Numbered from the stretch's first letter, positions 31,532 through 42,621 are shown. The stretch: 64,000 bases of DNA from Carpediemonas membranifera BICM (GCA_019828565.1 JAHDYR010000016.1:62001-126000), one strand, 5' to 3'. The notes: generated by a model from the letters alone, not told the origin. Made by a program: numbers and translations.

Positions 31532-31884
31532 GCGGGGCTGTGCCACTCGCACTACCCTTCTCGATAAACCTAACGGTGCGGAGTTCAGCTCATCTCATGT
31601 TTGGGGCATAAGAGCTGCGTCGCCCACAGCGACCGACTCGGGCAGGGGAGTTGGAGGTGATGTCGTGGGGGATTCAGGAGCCTTTTATGAGCTCGCGCTT
31701 GGGATAAGCAGAGATTTAGTTGAACGGACGACCCTGTGACGATGAGAATGCCGCAAGGCTGGATACATCGGTTGACGACAGAGCCAGCGCCAGCAATCTG
31801 AGGGATTGAACCTGCTTCTGTCATAACTGACGTTAAACAGTCGTTTACGTGGAAGTAAAGGCAGTTTAACCGTGAGACGGTGCA

Positions 31885-32847
31885 ATGGCAGTATTACACG
31901 ACACAGTGGAGCCTAGCGACTGTATAGACTCAATACAACTGTCAGATGGGCGCTGGATAGTTGCTATTGGTACATATTTGCTCAATAAGAGCGATGGGAC
32001 GCGCAGTGGGCGGATATACCTCGGCATTGGCGACCTGTTCGATGCAACGGACTATACAGCCGTGGATGGCGTCTTTGATCTCCGTTTCTACCGTATCAAT
32101 GGCATCATTCGGCTCGTGGTTGCCGACTGCCTCGGCCGCCTCACCATCTACACCATGGCCGAGGCCCCACTCGCTCTGCACAAGGAGAGCTCGGTCCAGA
32201 TGCACGAGGGTCTCGCCTTCCACATCTCATTCGATGGAAACACCTTCATCACCACCGGCTCGGATGGCTGTGTGGCTATTGCTGCCCTCGACAAGCAGAC
32301 CCTCGCCCTCGAGCGACAGGCATCGTGGAAAGCCCACGACTATGACCCGTGGTGCTGCATCCACAGCGAGGCTGACCCGAATCAGCTACTCACCGGTGGC
32401 GACGATTGCGCACTCAAGGTTTGGGATCAAAGATGTCCGGAAGTAGTTTTGAAGTCGTCAATGGCCCATGGAGCCGGGGTAACCTGCATGACGTGGGTTG
32501 GCGGTGAGCTCGTGACCGGCAGCTATGACGGTGTCATCCGGATCTTTGATATCAGGAGGATCGGATACGAGAGGGATTCCATCTCCACGGAGGCCGGCGT
32601 CTGGCGGTGTCGGCCCAGCCCGACTGACCCGAGTACCCTGGCTGTAGCTAACATGCATGCGGGGTTCAGCAAGGCGAGTCTGGCCTCGATGTCCGTTGTC
32701 TCCCAGTACAAAGCCCATGGTGTCGGTGTGGAGGGCGCCGAGGTTGGCCTGGGCTATGGTGTGGCGTGGCTGGGGGAGATAGTGGGGTGCGTGTCGTTTT
32801 ATGACCATACATTCTCACTGTGGGATGAGTGTGGGCAGGATTGTTGA
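31885..32847 (+). CDS. DPH7: WD40 protein, diphthine methylesterase DPH7/WDR85-like
   Basis: IGTYLL..RSGRI, WKAHDYDPW, TGGDD, HGAGVT, TGSYD, GVWR, ANMHAGF, SFYDH. Confidence 0.82.
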   Translation: MAVLHDTVEPSDCIDSIQLSDGRWIVAIGTYLLNKSDGTRSGRIYLGIGDLFDATDYTAVDGVFDLRFYRINGIIRLVVADCLGRLTIYTMAEAPLALHKESSVQMHEGLAFHISFDGNTFITTGSDGCVAIAALDKQTLALERQASWKAHDYDPWCCIHSEADPNQLLTGGDDCALKVWDQRCPEVVLKSSMAHGAGVTCMTWVGGELVTGSYDGVIRIFDIRRIGYERDSISTEAGVWRCRPSPTDPSTLAVANMHAGFSKASLASMSVVSQYKAHGVGVEGAEVGLGYGVAWLGEIVGCVSFYDHTFSLWDECGQDC

Positions 32848-32960
32848 TAAATAGTTCCGGTGGGTTTGAAGGACCGTGTTGGGCAGGGCATGGACTGATA
32901 TGGAATCTGGGACAGTGTGGAATGATTGGTTCATTTCCACCGGCCAGTGGGAGGACGGAC

Positions 32961-33611
32961 ATGAACGAGAGCGACCTTTTCGCTGACCTTGAACAAGAAG
33001 CGAACGCTTTCGACGATTATTTCGGCAATGCGCATTTCGGAGGCACGCCAGTGACGAACATGGAGCAGCAATCAGCCAAGACGCCCAAAAGCCAAGCAAC
33101 AAGCAAGCCGTCCAAGACTCCCGGGACCATTTCCCACTCCCTGAATGCTCGTATGGCCACGCTCACTTCCGCCATCGAGAAACACGGCATCAGCGGCATC
33201 TCTCTCGACGGGACGCTGGCCTCCCAGCGCAGCCTCGTCGACGCCCTCGACCTCCTGTGCAACCTCGCTGTGGGCAGCCAACGGGCCGAGCGGCAGATGA
33301 ACGACCGCGTGACGCAGCTCGAGGCCGGGAATGCCCGGTCATCCCGGGACATCTCCCACATCCAAGAGGAGCTCAAGAAGGAGAGACTCAAGAGCAGTGC
33401 CAGGGATAGCCAGCTGCTCGACCAGCGTGATGTCCAGGCCCGGGAGATGGACACCGAGGCCCATGCCCGCGAGCTGGTCGACCTTGAGTGCAGGAGGATG
33501 GGGAGGAGGGAGCAGCAGTACAAGCACAAGCTCAAGAGGAAGGATACCGAGCACGCCAAGCTCAGGGAACAGCTCCTGAGCATCCAGAAGAAGAGCTCGA
33601 TGCCGGGGTGA
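32961..33611 (+). CDS. Coiled-coil protein, ADIP/SSX2IP/Msd1-like
   Basis: QYKHKLKRKDTEHAKLREQL resembles the ADIP-family conserved motif. Confidence 0.5.
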   Translation: MNESDLFADLEQEANAFDDYFGNAHFGGTPVTNMEQQSAKTPKSQATSKPSKTPGTISHSLNARMATLTSAIEKHGISGISLDGTLASQRSLVDALDLLCNLAVGSQRAERQMNDRVTQLEAGNARSSRDISHIQEELKKERLKSSARDSQLLDQRDVQAREMDTEAHARELVDLECRRMGRREQQYKHKLKRKDTEHAKLREQLLSIQKKSSMPG

Positions 33612-34164
33612 CCTCGACAGTCGCGGTAGAGTTAGAAACGCTGCTTGTTGGTATAAACAGTATAGTATTGCGTTTGGAGTGCAGACATGGTTGTATTAAA
33701 TCCTCGTCTAACCATGTGAGCCCGGGGCAACTTCAGTGTTTATCAAAAGGCAAGCGGCGAACCCCTCGCTGCAGCAACTGCCTAACTAACCTCGCAGCCG
33801 CCTTGCTCACCGAAGGCAGCAGCAATAGCCACTGGCAAACCCCATGTAAATACACCATGTCGAGAAGACAGCAGCGTTCGACACAGACGATGGACGACAG
33901 ACGACGCATCTTTTCGTGCAGACCGACGACTGAAAGCACGAAAGCCCGATTGTACAGACGAGGGCTGAAGTGGGTGAGTGGAGGTAGTGTGCCGCGCAGG
34001 ATTAGAATTGTTGAGTCTACGCTTCACCACTCATAACATAACCTGCACCGACAAAGAAAGTCAGCCCAGACATGTGGCGATAGAATACGCAGCTCTATTA
34101 GGCGGCTTTTGCACATTGGAGCACACTCGATGAACCTAAAACTGCACCTTGGCCAAAATTTCCG

Positions 34165-34698
34165 ATGGGGCTGTTAGACATCATCCGCAAGCTTAAGAAG
34201 AGCGACAAGGAGCTCCGAATCCTTATGCTCGGCCTCGATAACTCTGGCAAGACCACGGCCCTGAAGCAGCTCTCTGATGAGGATCCCTCGTCTGTTTGCC
34301 CCACACAGGGCTTCATGCTCAAATCCATTGTACACAACAGCTTTAATCTCAATGTTTGGGATATTGGAGGCCAGAAGACCATCCGGCCATACTGGCGCAA
34401 CTACTACGAGGGCACCGATGCCCTGATCTACGTTGTCGATTCCGCGGATCGCAGGCGCATGGAGGAGTGCGGTTTGGAACTGTCGCTCCTGCTCGAGGAG
34501 GAGAAGCTCGCCGGTGTTCCCGTCCTCGTCTTCGCCAACAAGCAGGACCTGCTGAACGCCCTGCCTGCCCAGGACATCGCCGACTCCCTCGAGCTCAACG
34601 GCATCAGGGACCGCCAGTGGCAGATCCAGCCGTGCAGTGCTAAGACCGGAGAGGGCCTCCAGAAGGGTCTGACGTGGATTCTCAAGTCTATTCGTTAA
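34165..34698 (+). CDS. ARL3: ADP-ribosylation factor-like GTPase 3
   Basis: [48 protein letters not shown]. Confidence 0.95.
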   Translation: MGLLDIIRKLKKSDKELRILMLGLDNSGKTTALKQLSDEDPSSVCPTQGFMLKSIVHNSFNLNVWDIGGQKTIRPYWRNYYEGTDALIYVVDSADRRRMEECGLELSLLLEEEKLAGVPVLVFANKQDLLNALPAQDIADSLELNGIRDRQWQIQPCSAKTGEGLQKGLTWILKSIR

Positions 34699-34882
34699 AA
34701 AAAGACAAACGGCAATTGGTGCGATCAGAGTGAATTGACAGATTTGCACAAAAGGGTGCTGGGGATGTGGTCTTAAGATCTGGTCTATAGGGACACGCAT
34801 ACGTATCCTTACGTATCCCCACACCACGCCACATGACATAAACTGCACCATCATCATACGGTGAAAAGAACCATGGACTGTT

Positions 34883-36916
34883 ATGAAGACTGTGACGATT
34901 ACTAACGTCCGTTATTCACAGAGTAAGACGAGTATCTCAAAGAACATTTTCAATGAGGCAGTTTCTGCCGAGATTTTACTCCAAGCTCCCTTCTTTCGCG
35001 GTGCCCTGTGCTCTGGCTTCCGCGAAGAACATACTAAGACAGTTTTCTTCCCATCTCTCCGCGCTTCCGGTCTCCATGACGTCATCACCCTTCTGCTAAG
35101 CCCGATGTCCGCCTATGTCCCCATCGAGGACGTCCCCTCCTCCGTCCATGCCCTCAGCGCCGCCCACTACATGGGGCTGGACGGAATAGACCATGTTATT
35201 GCCAAGTACATTGCTGAGAATTTGGTGTTCTCCCCAATTGTCCTGGTCGGGCTCCCCGAAGATTGCCTCGCACTTGTCATCCAGTACTGCTCGCCGATAG
35301 CGCTGCTGCTGGTCGAGTTCGAGGTCGAGAACACCGAGTTTGTCATCGAGACCCTGGCCCGGGCTTGGAGGGGGTGGGACAGACGCGGATCGTCTCGACA
35401 CGACTTGGTTGGGGCCGACCTTGCCATTATCGCCCAGTCGGGATCAGAATCTGCCATGAACCGCGTGCTCTTAGCGTGCTCGACCCTCGTCACAACGTTC
35501 AGCCCACGCCCCCGCACGCCCCTGCCCAACCTCGCCCTGATCTTTGCCCGCTGCACCCAACTCACAAGGGTCGACCTGTCGAACGTCGACGATGAGGCCG
35601 TGCCTGTTATAACCCAGCCCTACCCTACCAGTCGACGGACACCGCCAACGGTGGTCCTGCGGGGGGCTGGTTCGAGTCTATCCGGGTCTGATCTTCGACC
35701 GCTATTGTCATTGAGTCAGCGCAGTCAAAGCTCAGACAGGGCACGATTGCCCATGTCTCCCGCCCGACATCCGACACAGATCTTGACCGCCCGCCGGAGA
35801 TCCATGCCGCCCACCCCGCGGCTCATCCCCCAGTCGACCGCCGACCCGCCTCTTGTCATAGACATGGGCATCATGTCACGTGCCTTAGCCTGCCCACTGG
35901 CCAGCTGGGCTCTCACCACTCTATCCGCTGTGGTCGACCTCGACCTGTCTTCATGCGTCGCCTTGGGTGACACGGGCGGGTCTCTCCTCGCCATGATCAT
36001 ACCTAATCAACAGATTAGATCACTCAATGTTAGCCGTTGTGGACTGCAGTCCAAGGGTGTCAGAATGCTGCTCCAGGCAGCCAGTAAGTCCCGGTATCTT
36101 AATGAGCTCGTGCTCGACCACAACACGTTCTCAAACTCAGACCCACACGCGATAAGCAATGAGTGTCAGATGCTAGCCGCTGCGGTCAAGACGTCCAGAC
36201 TGCAGCTGCTCCATCTGGGCGATATGAGCGCCTCCAGGGACCACGGTGCGGCCCTGTTCGAGGCCCTGGGAGAGTCGGGTCTCGCCACCTTGGCCGACCT
36301 GTCCGTCGCGGGGTGGCCGCTCACATCCTCTAGTGCCACGGCACTGAAGCAGTCGCGGGTATTCCGGCATTTGCAGCGATTGGACATTTCCGGCGTCAGT
36401 CTCATTTCTACTGGGTCCGATCCCCTTAATATTATCATGTCTGCCATATCTCAATCCGATATACGAGATCTATTCTTTGAATCCATGGGCGAGCTTTCCG
36501 TGGACGCCGGACGCCTCCTGGGCGCCCTTCTGTACAACACCCCCGCCCTGGAGCAGCTGTCTATCGCCCACACCGAGCTCTCGGCCTCAGTGGTGCGGAG
36601 CATCGTCAAGGGGCTCCAGCCAAACCCCCGTATCGGATTCTGTGCGGTGCGGCGGCTGGATCTGTCCTGGTGTGGGCTCAGGTTTTCTGGTGCTAGCTTT
36701 ATATTCTCGGTAATGCGGATGCCGGCGAGTCGACTGAGCACGCTTGTGTTACGGGGTAACACTCTCGGGCCTGCGACGGTGCGGGCCGCCGCGGACTTGG
36801 TGCGGCATCTGCGGGGCGTGGACTACGGTCGGTATCAGCAGCTTGACCTGGACCTTCGCGACGACGTTGAGGGGCTCGGGGTTGTCCCGGACTTGCCCGG
36901 TTGTATCCATATGTGA
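34883..36916 (+). CDS. BTB/POZ-like plus RNI-type leucine-rich repeat protein
   Basis: PFFRGALCSGFREE..LSAAHYMGL (BTB-like); LDLSSC, LNVSRCGL, LDLSWCGL, LVLRGNTLG. Confidence 0.75.
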   Translation: MKTVTITNVRYSQSKTSISKNIFNEAVSAEILLQAPFFRGALCSGFREEHTKTVFFPSLRASGLHDVITLLLSPMSAYVPIEDVPSSVHALSAAHYMGLDGIDHVIAKYIAENLVFSPIVLVGLPEDCLALVIQYCSPIALLLVEFEVENTEFVIETLARAWRGWDRRGSSRHDLVGADLAIIAQSGSESAMNRVLLACSTLVTTFSPRPRTPLPNLALIFARCTQLTRVDLSNVDDEAVPVITQPYPTSRRTPPTVVLRGAGSSLSGSDLRPLLSLSQRSQSSDRARLPMSPARHPTQILTARRRSMPPTPRLIPQSTADPPLVIDMGIMSRALACPLASWALTTLSAVVDLDLSSCVALGDTGGSLLAMIIPNQQIRSLNVSRCGLQSKGVRMLLQAASKSRYLNELVLDHNTFSNSDPHAISNECQMLAAAVKTSRLQLLHLGDMSASRDHGAALFEALGESGLATLADLSVAGWPLTSSSATALKQSRVFRHLQRLDISGVSLISTGSDPLNIIMSAISQSDIRDLFFESMGELSVDAGRLLGALLYNTPALEQLSIAHTELSASVVRSIVKGLQPNPRIGFCAVRRLDLSWCGLRFSGASFIFSVMRMPASRLSTLVLRGNTLGPATVRAAADLVRHLRGVDYGRYQQLDLDLRDDVEGLGVVPDLPGCIHM

Positions 36917-36998
36917 TAGTGCCGGCTATGTCACGTGGACACCACTGAACTGAAGTCCACGGAAGTAGCGAGTGAACTCATTTTTACGCGCCCATCAT

Positions 36999-38411
36999 TT
37001 ACCTGAGCTTGAGTGCAATTGACATCAGGGGGACAACTCCGAGGCCGCACACTGTCGCGCTGAGCCCCAGTTGGGGGAGCAGGTCGACGTCTGCCCTGCT
37101 TATTGCTGTAGCCGCACCGCCCAGCAGCGCAAGCACAGCCAGGCCGCGGAGGTCGACCATGGCTCGGAGTGCGTCCATGACGCGGCCAGACTTGGTGAAC
37201 CAGGCCGCGTTAGTCCCCAACCTTAGCGTCAGTGGGCCCAGCCCCAGAGCAATACATGCTGCCGGAGAATAGTGCGACCCAACCCACACCGTACCGATCG
37301 ATATAAGTCCTATCATAAACATGAGAGCGTTATTGGTGCGGAGTTGAGCGGGGTTCAGCGTCGACGCCGCAATATTCTCAAACGGCCCGTTTAGGGCGAA
37401 CAGGGGTAGTGCCAGCCATGAAAGCTGGACCGCCCGCACAACGTCCGGGCCCGAGGTCGGGAACACGACAGACATGGCCAGCGGGGTCAGCGGGCATCCG
37501 AGGGCAACAGCAGCAAAGGCAATGTAGGTCTCGAGTCGCGCCATTCGAAGCAGACCCAGCTTGTCGACGCCACTGTCTCTGGCGGCACGGAGGGCGACCT
37601 GCTCGTCGATGGGAGCGAAGATGAACTTGACAGGCATGCCTGATAGTGTTGCTGAGAGTGCCCAAGCCCCGCTGAACGCACCGGAGGGTGCTGCAAATGC
37701 CATGACAGCCCTCTCGCCCTCGGCCAGCACCAGACGTTGGGCGGAGTTGAGCGTGTATTGGGTCATAAACTGCGAGTCGACTCTGCCCCACTGGGCACGG
37801 GGCTGGGGCTTGACTGAGCGGGACACAGTGGCGAACACGGCGAGGAGGGTGAGTGAGGCGGCTAGTTGCGTGGCGGCCAAGCATGCAGGGGTCCAGGCGG
37901 GAGTGATGGCCTTGGCACTCACCCCAATCGCCACAGCGACTGTAATCACGCTCCTGACGGTTTCAGCGAGCGAGTCGGCGTGTGTCTTGACTTCAATCGA
38001 GTCGGCCAGGAGACAACGGCCCAGGAAGGGTTCGGCCGCCGCCTCGACCAGTGCGGCCATCATGATGATACCGCCGGCTATGGCACCACATGTAAAGGGG
38101 ACGGACTCGGTCATGAGGAGTTCGGGCTTGCTGACAACCAGCATGACAGCCACAACAGCCACCACAGCTGTTATGAGGAAAGGTATGGTCTTGTATGCTG
38201 GGGAGATACGGTGTTCTGTCGAGAATACCCGCATCTGGGTTGTTCGTACGTTCTCGAGAGCTAGGAGCGTGCATACGGTCGTAATGATCTGAAACTGGAC
38301 GGCAGAAAGACTGAAAGCATCTGTAGGTAATCTAGCAGTAATATACATGTTTGATGCGAATGATATGGCGTTTGCAGCCACCTGGCCGCTGAGGATGGAC
38401 AGTAGCCCCAT
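36999..38411 (-). CDS. RFT1: RFT1-like lipid-linked oligosaccharide translocation protein, copy 1
   Basis: Polytopic membrane protein; VEAAAEP, QRLVLAEGER, FIFAPIDE, FALNGPFE. Confidence 0.75.
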   Translation of the reverse strand: MGLLSILSGQVAANAISFASNMYITARLPTDAFSLSAVQFQIITTVCTLLALENVRTTQMRVFSTEHRISPAYKTIPFLITAVVAVVAVMLVVSKPELLMTESVPFTCGAIAGGIIMMAALVEAAAEPFLGRCLLADSIEVKTHADSLAETVRSVITVAVAIGVSAKAITPAWTPACLAATQLAASLTLLAVFATVSRSVKPQPRAQWGRVDSQFMTQYTLNSAQRLVLAEGERAVMAFAAPSGAFSGAWALSATLSGMPVKFIFAPIDEQVALRAARDSGVDKLGLLRMARLETYIAFAAVALGCPLTPLAMSVVFPTSGPDVVRAVQLSWLALPLFALNGPFENIAASTLNPAQLRTNNALMFMIGLISIGTVWVGSHYSPAACIALGLGPLTLRLGTNAAWFTKSGRVMDALRAMVDLRGLAVLALLGGAATAISRADVDLLPQLGLSATVCGLGVVPLMSIALKLR

Positions 38412-38555
38412 CTTGTCTTGATGAGAGCTCGATCCAATCTCGACTCAGGCCCAGTCAAGACTGTAAGGAACAGCATAGAAGGTTTTGGATGTCCAAAGGA
38501 CACGTACTCTTGCACATACAGCCTTCCCAGTCGCCGCCTGACCTAATCTGGCAAT

Positions 38556-39143
38556 ATGAACGCCACGCCCAGTTATGTGGTCCATGTGCATGGACAGGAT
38601 CCACAGTTCCTCGTAGACAAGATAGTTCGTCGGAAGATCTACGATTGCAACTTCTGGAAGGTGTACTGCACCTCGTTGGAGCAGGACACCGTGATCCACC
38701 GCGTTCTCGAGCTGTTCTACGTCGGAGGCACATTCGGCGCATATGAAGAGCCCTCTCCCTTTCTCTGCCTTCTCTTGAAGCTCCTACAGGTTCAGCCACC
38801 GCTCGAACTCGTGACTGGCATCTTCACCCGCTCAACGAACCCTCACGTCCGCGTCCTCGCGGCCATGTACACACGGATGGTCGCCCCGTCCGCCGTGATC
38901 TATGAGACGCTGGAGCCGTTGCTGTTTGACCGAGCCCCCGTCCGAACGAGGGCAGGGATCGAGTGGGGCGAGAGCACCGTTGACACCATCGTCGGGGACC
39001 TCATCGATGACCAGTTCGTGTTCAACATCACCCTGCCCCACCTCGTCGGGCGGCGGTTGCTGGTGGCACGGAATGAGCTTGGGCCGATGGAGTGGCCGGA
39101 GGGCGTCGAGGCCGAAGCCAGGGCGGTAGTCGAGGGCGAGTGA
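38556..39143 (+). CDS. PRP38: Pre-mRNA splicing factor Prp38, copy 1 (intact)
   Basis: HGQDPQFLVDKIVRRKIY, PSPFLCLLLKLLQVQP, YETLEPL. Confidence 0.93.
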   Translation: MNATPSYVVHVHGQDPQFLVDKIVRRKIYDCNFWKVYCTSLEQDTVIHRVLELFYVGGTFGAYEEPSPFLCLLLKLLQVQPPLELVTGIFTRSTNPHVRVLAAMYTRMVAPSAVIYETLEPLLFDRAPVRTRAGIEWGESTVDTIVGDLIDDQFVFNITLPHLVGRRLLVARNELGPMEWPEGVEAEARAVVEGE

Positions 39144-39244
39144 GTGTGGCTCGGCCGTTATGGGGTATATACGCACAGTAAGACATGTCGGTAAATCTCA
39201 ATATCGAGTGACCGTCCGTAACCCGCGTGCCTGCACCGGCGATA

Positions 39245-40089
39245 ATGTCCAATTCAGCAGCAACAAGAGATTGGGCGAAGAGCACGCTCAAACAGCTTCC
39301 TATTAATATAATAATCTCCCTTACCTTCTTTGTAATCACGTTTTTGCTTGAAAGACCAAAGATTTCGGCTGACATCGTTCCCAAGCGCGATTTCAGCCTC
39401 ACAGACGCATCAATATCATTTGTTGCTAAGTCATCCATTGTCCCGTACACAGTAGTCATCGTCTTCATGGTCTCCGTCGTCCTTCTTGCCCCCCTCCTCG
39501 CCCTGCCCGTCAGCCCCGTCCTCTCCGCCGAGATCCTGCTCTCCTCGGCCGTCTGCATCTCAGTACAAGTGTGTCACACCCACCCCGCTCACACAGTACC
39601 TGCTCGTCTCCTTCCTCAAGGTGACGACGGGTCGACTCCGCCCGGACTTCATTTCCCGCTGCGGGTGGGATGCGGTAGCTGACCAGTGTACGGGCGACCC
39701 CAGCACGGTGTTTCAGGGTCGACTTTCGTTCCCCCTCTGGTCATGCGGGGGCGTCCATGTGTGCTAGCATGCTCCTCAGCGCGTCCTTATTCACCGTCTT
39801 CGTCGTCCACCGCAACGACTGGCATCCCAAGGCCCTCAGCACCGCCGTCGGTGTGATCAGCACCCGGGGGTGGGTCGGGGTCAGCTTCTTGCCCGTCCTC
39901 TTCGGCCTCTTTGTCGGACTTACCAGAACCCTGGATCACCACCACCACCCAGGCGACGTGGGAGTCGGCATGGCAATCGGCGCGACCTTCGCAGTGGCAG
40001 CAGTGGCGCTGGCCGAGAGGAGGTTCGACAGATACCAGGCCCAGTGCAGGGCTGGGCGCCACAAGAAGAGCCTGCCGTTGTACACTTAG
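39245..40089 (+). CDS. PAP2 lipid phosphate phosphatase, copy 1; 28-nt intron 39569-39596; extra C near 39731-39735 breaks the frame
   Basis: KVTTGRLRPDF, SFPSGH (shifted in this copy), RTLDHHHHPGDV. Confidence 0.85.
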
Positions 40090-40718
40090 GCGATGGTGTC
40101 ACGTTCATGTCATGTCGCTGTGACTGTGACTGGGCGATAAACAACTGCTGAGGCAGGTATGGCGGCACAGTAAATGTGACATGTCGTTGCAACATGTTTT
40201 AGTGGATTGGGGGTCTGCCCACGATTGCTCGGAAATATCGCCGCGAGATTCTCGCCCCACAAACTGATGACTAGGACATACAAATGCACTCCCGCGATCC
40301 GCTGACCCTACCAGCGATTGCACGTCTTCTGGCTCATCCCCAGTGTGCCGTGCTAGGGCCCAGAATTATGATAAAGACTGTTTACGACTTCCGCAGGTTA
40401 AGGGCACACCAGTTCAGTTTTTCAATTCCAAATTTTGGACGACGAAATGAGTCCCCGCTCTACCCGGACTAGACTAGACCTAGCCAATACGCCATAGTTA
40501 CACAACAAACGGCTAGTAGCGATCGTGGCTCAGGTATGCCAAGGCGAGGGCACGGTCTCAATCAAATGCCGTCAACAGGTCATGAATCTGACAGAGAACA
40601 AGATCAAGACGGTTATTGACACATTTCGAGCAATCATCATTTCTGTCAGGCAACAGCCAATTTTTGTGTGAGAAAAATGGGACGAGTGAAAAAATGTGAT
40701 TGGATCATTTTTTTGGTC

Positions 40719-40877
40719 ATACTTACCATTGGAGGCCATATGTCCCTCAAGAACGACGTTGGCGATCTAGGAGTGCTACACGTTTGTGGTTGGTGCACCT
40801 AGGTCCTCGCTGGCTGGTCTAAGGCCTGGCGAGATCCTCTTATTTGTTCCAGCGGAGAAGGCGTTCGCGCCGCTCCT
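40719..40877 (+). ncRNA. U1: U1 spliceosomal snRNA, copy 1
   Basis: 5' AUACUUACC; four-way junction with SL1-SL3; Sm site AUUUGU at 40842; terminal hairpin GGCG-UUCG-CGCC; about 159 nt. Confidence 0.88.
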
Positions 40878-41313
40878 ACCCCCCAACTAACAACATCAAA
40901 ACGACGGTATTGTGGTGTAAATTTCTTGTTTGGTCGTTCTCATGTGCATGATGATGTACAGAACTGGTCAGATCACTAATGCAGGGTAAAGCAACCGAGC
41001 AGGAAGAGGAGACCCCTGACCAGGCCTGCAAGCTCAACCACCCAGAATCCCAGGTAAACGATATGTGTCAGCCACATTCTCGTGGATAGAATGTCCTTTT
41101 GGCTTTGCAATCGGCACTGTTTGAGTAGATCTTCGCTCCCACCTTCTCTTCCTAATCGGTCTAATTAGAGCACAAAAATAGCCGCGCAATACATGGTGTA
41201 TGCGTGCTAGAGTCAACACCTTACCCAACACTTGACAATATCCCCAGTGACAACCCGCCATTCAATTTCGCAGATTATGTCACGACGCCGCGGGCAAGCT
41301 TCAACTCGGGATT

Positions 41314-42621
41314 ATGAGCTCGGCCTCCCCTGCTTCGAAGCGAACAGTGTCATTCTTCCATGATCCCGACTTTGGGCAGCACTACTTAGGCCCTGAGCAT
41401 GCGATGAAGCCGTTCCGGTTCGCCTTGACGTGTGAGCTAGTAATGAGCTACGGACTGCATGAACAGATGTCTATATACAGCCCACGACTGCTTTCTAGCA
41501 TGGAGATGACCAAGTTCCACACCGAGGAGTACGTCAGCTTCCTGCAGCAAGTCGCCCCCGACGGCCCCGTCTCACAGTCCGAGCCCAACCCATTCAACAT
41601 CGGGGAAGACTGCCCGTCGTTTGTGGGGCTCTTCCCGTACTGCCAGCGCTCCTGTGGCGGCAGTGTGACTGGCGCGGCCCATCTTATCGCGGGGCACTCC
41701 GACATTGCCGTCAATTGGATGGGTGGCATGCACCACGCCAAGAGGAACGAGGCCAGTGGATTCTGCTACGCTAATGACATTGTCCTGGGCATCCTGGAGC
41801 TGCTGAAGTTCATTCCGCGCGTGCTCTACATCGACATCGACATCCACCACGGCGACGGCGTAGAAGAGGCCTTCTACACTACGGACAGGGTCATGACAGT
41901 ATCCTTCCACAAGCACGGCAACTCCTTCTTTCCTGGCACGGGCGCAGTGTCCGACGCGGGTGTCGGTCCCGGACTCGGCTACGCCGTGAACGTGCCGCTC
42001 AACGACGGCATGGACGACGAAAGCTACACCACGCTGTTCAAGGCCGTCATCCGGGACGTCATGGAGCACTTCAGGCCCGGCGCTATCGTGCTTCAGTGCG
42101 GCGCTGACTCCCTCGCGAACGACAGGCTCGGTTGCTTCAACCTGACCATCGGCGGACATGGCGAGTGCGTGGATTTCGTCAAGTCCCTCGGCCTGCCGCT
42201 CATGGTGCTCGGCGGGGGCGGCTACACGCTGCCCAATGTTGCCCGCTGCTGGGCTTATGAGACGGCTTTGTGTGTGGGCGCGAGGATTCCAGAGGAGGTG
42301 CCCAAGCATGAGTTTTACGAGTACTACGGGCCCGATTACTGTCTTAACATTGTCAAGAACAACCAGCAGAACATGAATACGCGCGAGGACTTCGATCGGC
42401 TTTATCAGAAGGTATACACCCAGCTCCGGTCGATACAGCCGGCGCCAGGGGTCGGGTTGACCTCCATGCCGGCTGGGGTGGGCCTGGACCTTCAGGCGGA
42501 CATCGACATGGGCGAGGATAGTGCGGGCAACTCCAGGGTGACGGCCACAGCGGCGGACCTGGGCCGGACACTGGATGCCGAGGACAGGCGAGGGCTCAGG
42601 CCAAGTGAGTTTGTAGATTAA
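41314..42621 (+). CDS. HDAC1: Class I histone deacetylase (RPD3/HDAC1), copy 1
   Basis: HAMKP, GGMHHAK, SGFCYAND, DIDIHHGDGVEEAFY, CGADSL, GGGGY. Confidence 0.96.
   Translation: MSSASPASKRTVSFFHDPDFGQHYLGPEHAMKPFRFALTCELVMSYGLHEQMSIYSPRLLSSMEMTKFHTEEYVSFLQQVAPDGPVSQSEPNPFNIGEDCPSFVGLFPYCQRSCGGSVTGAAHLIAGHSDIAVNWMGGMHHAKRNEASGFCYANDIVLGILELLKFIPRVLYIDIDIHHGDGVEEAFYTTDRVMTVSFHKHGNSFFPGTGAVSDAGVGPGLGYAVNVPLNDGMDDESYTTLFKAVIRDVMEHFRPGAIVLQCGADSLANDRLGCFNLTIGGHGECVDFVKSLGLPLMVLGGGGYTLPNVARCWAYETALCVGARIPEEVPKHEFYEYYGPDYCLNIVKNNQQNMNTREDFDRLYQKVYTQLRSIQPAPGVGLTSMPAGVGLDLQADIDMGEDSAGNSRVTATAADLGRTLDAEDRRGLRPSEFVD

Noticed and set aside
33612-34160. Long spacer with short ORFs and a CCTAACTAACC run (possible telomerase template or ncRNA)
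   Set aside because: Not a match to a TTAGGG-type template, and I found no convincing structure or coding signal
40948-41019. ATGATGA..CTGA pair downstream of U1 as a possible C/D snoRNA
   Set aside because: No terminal stem, no clear C'/D' boxes and no identifiable target
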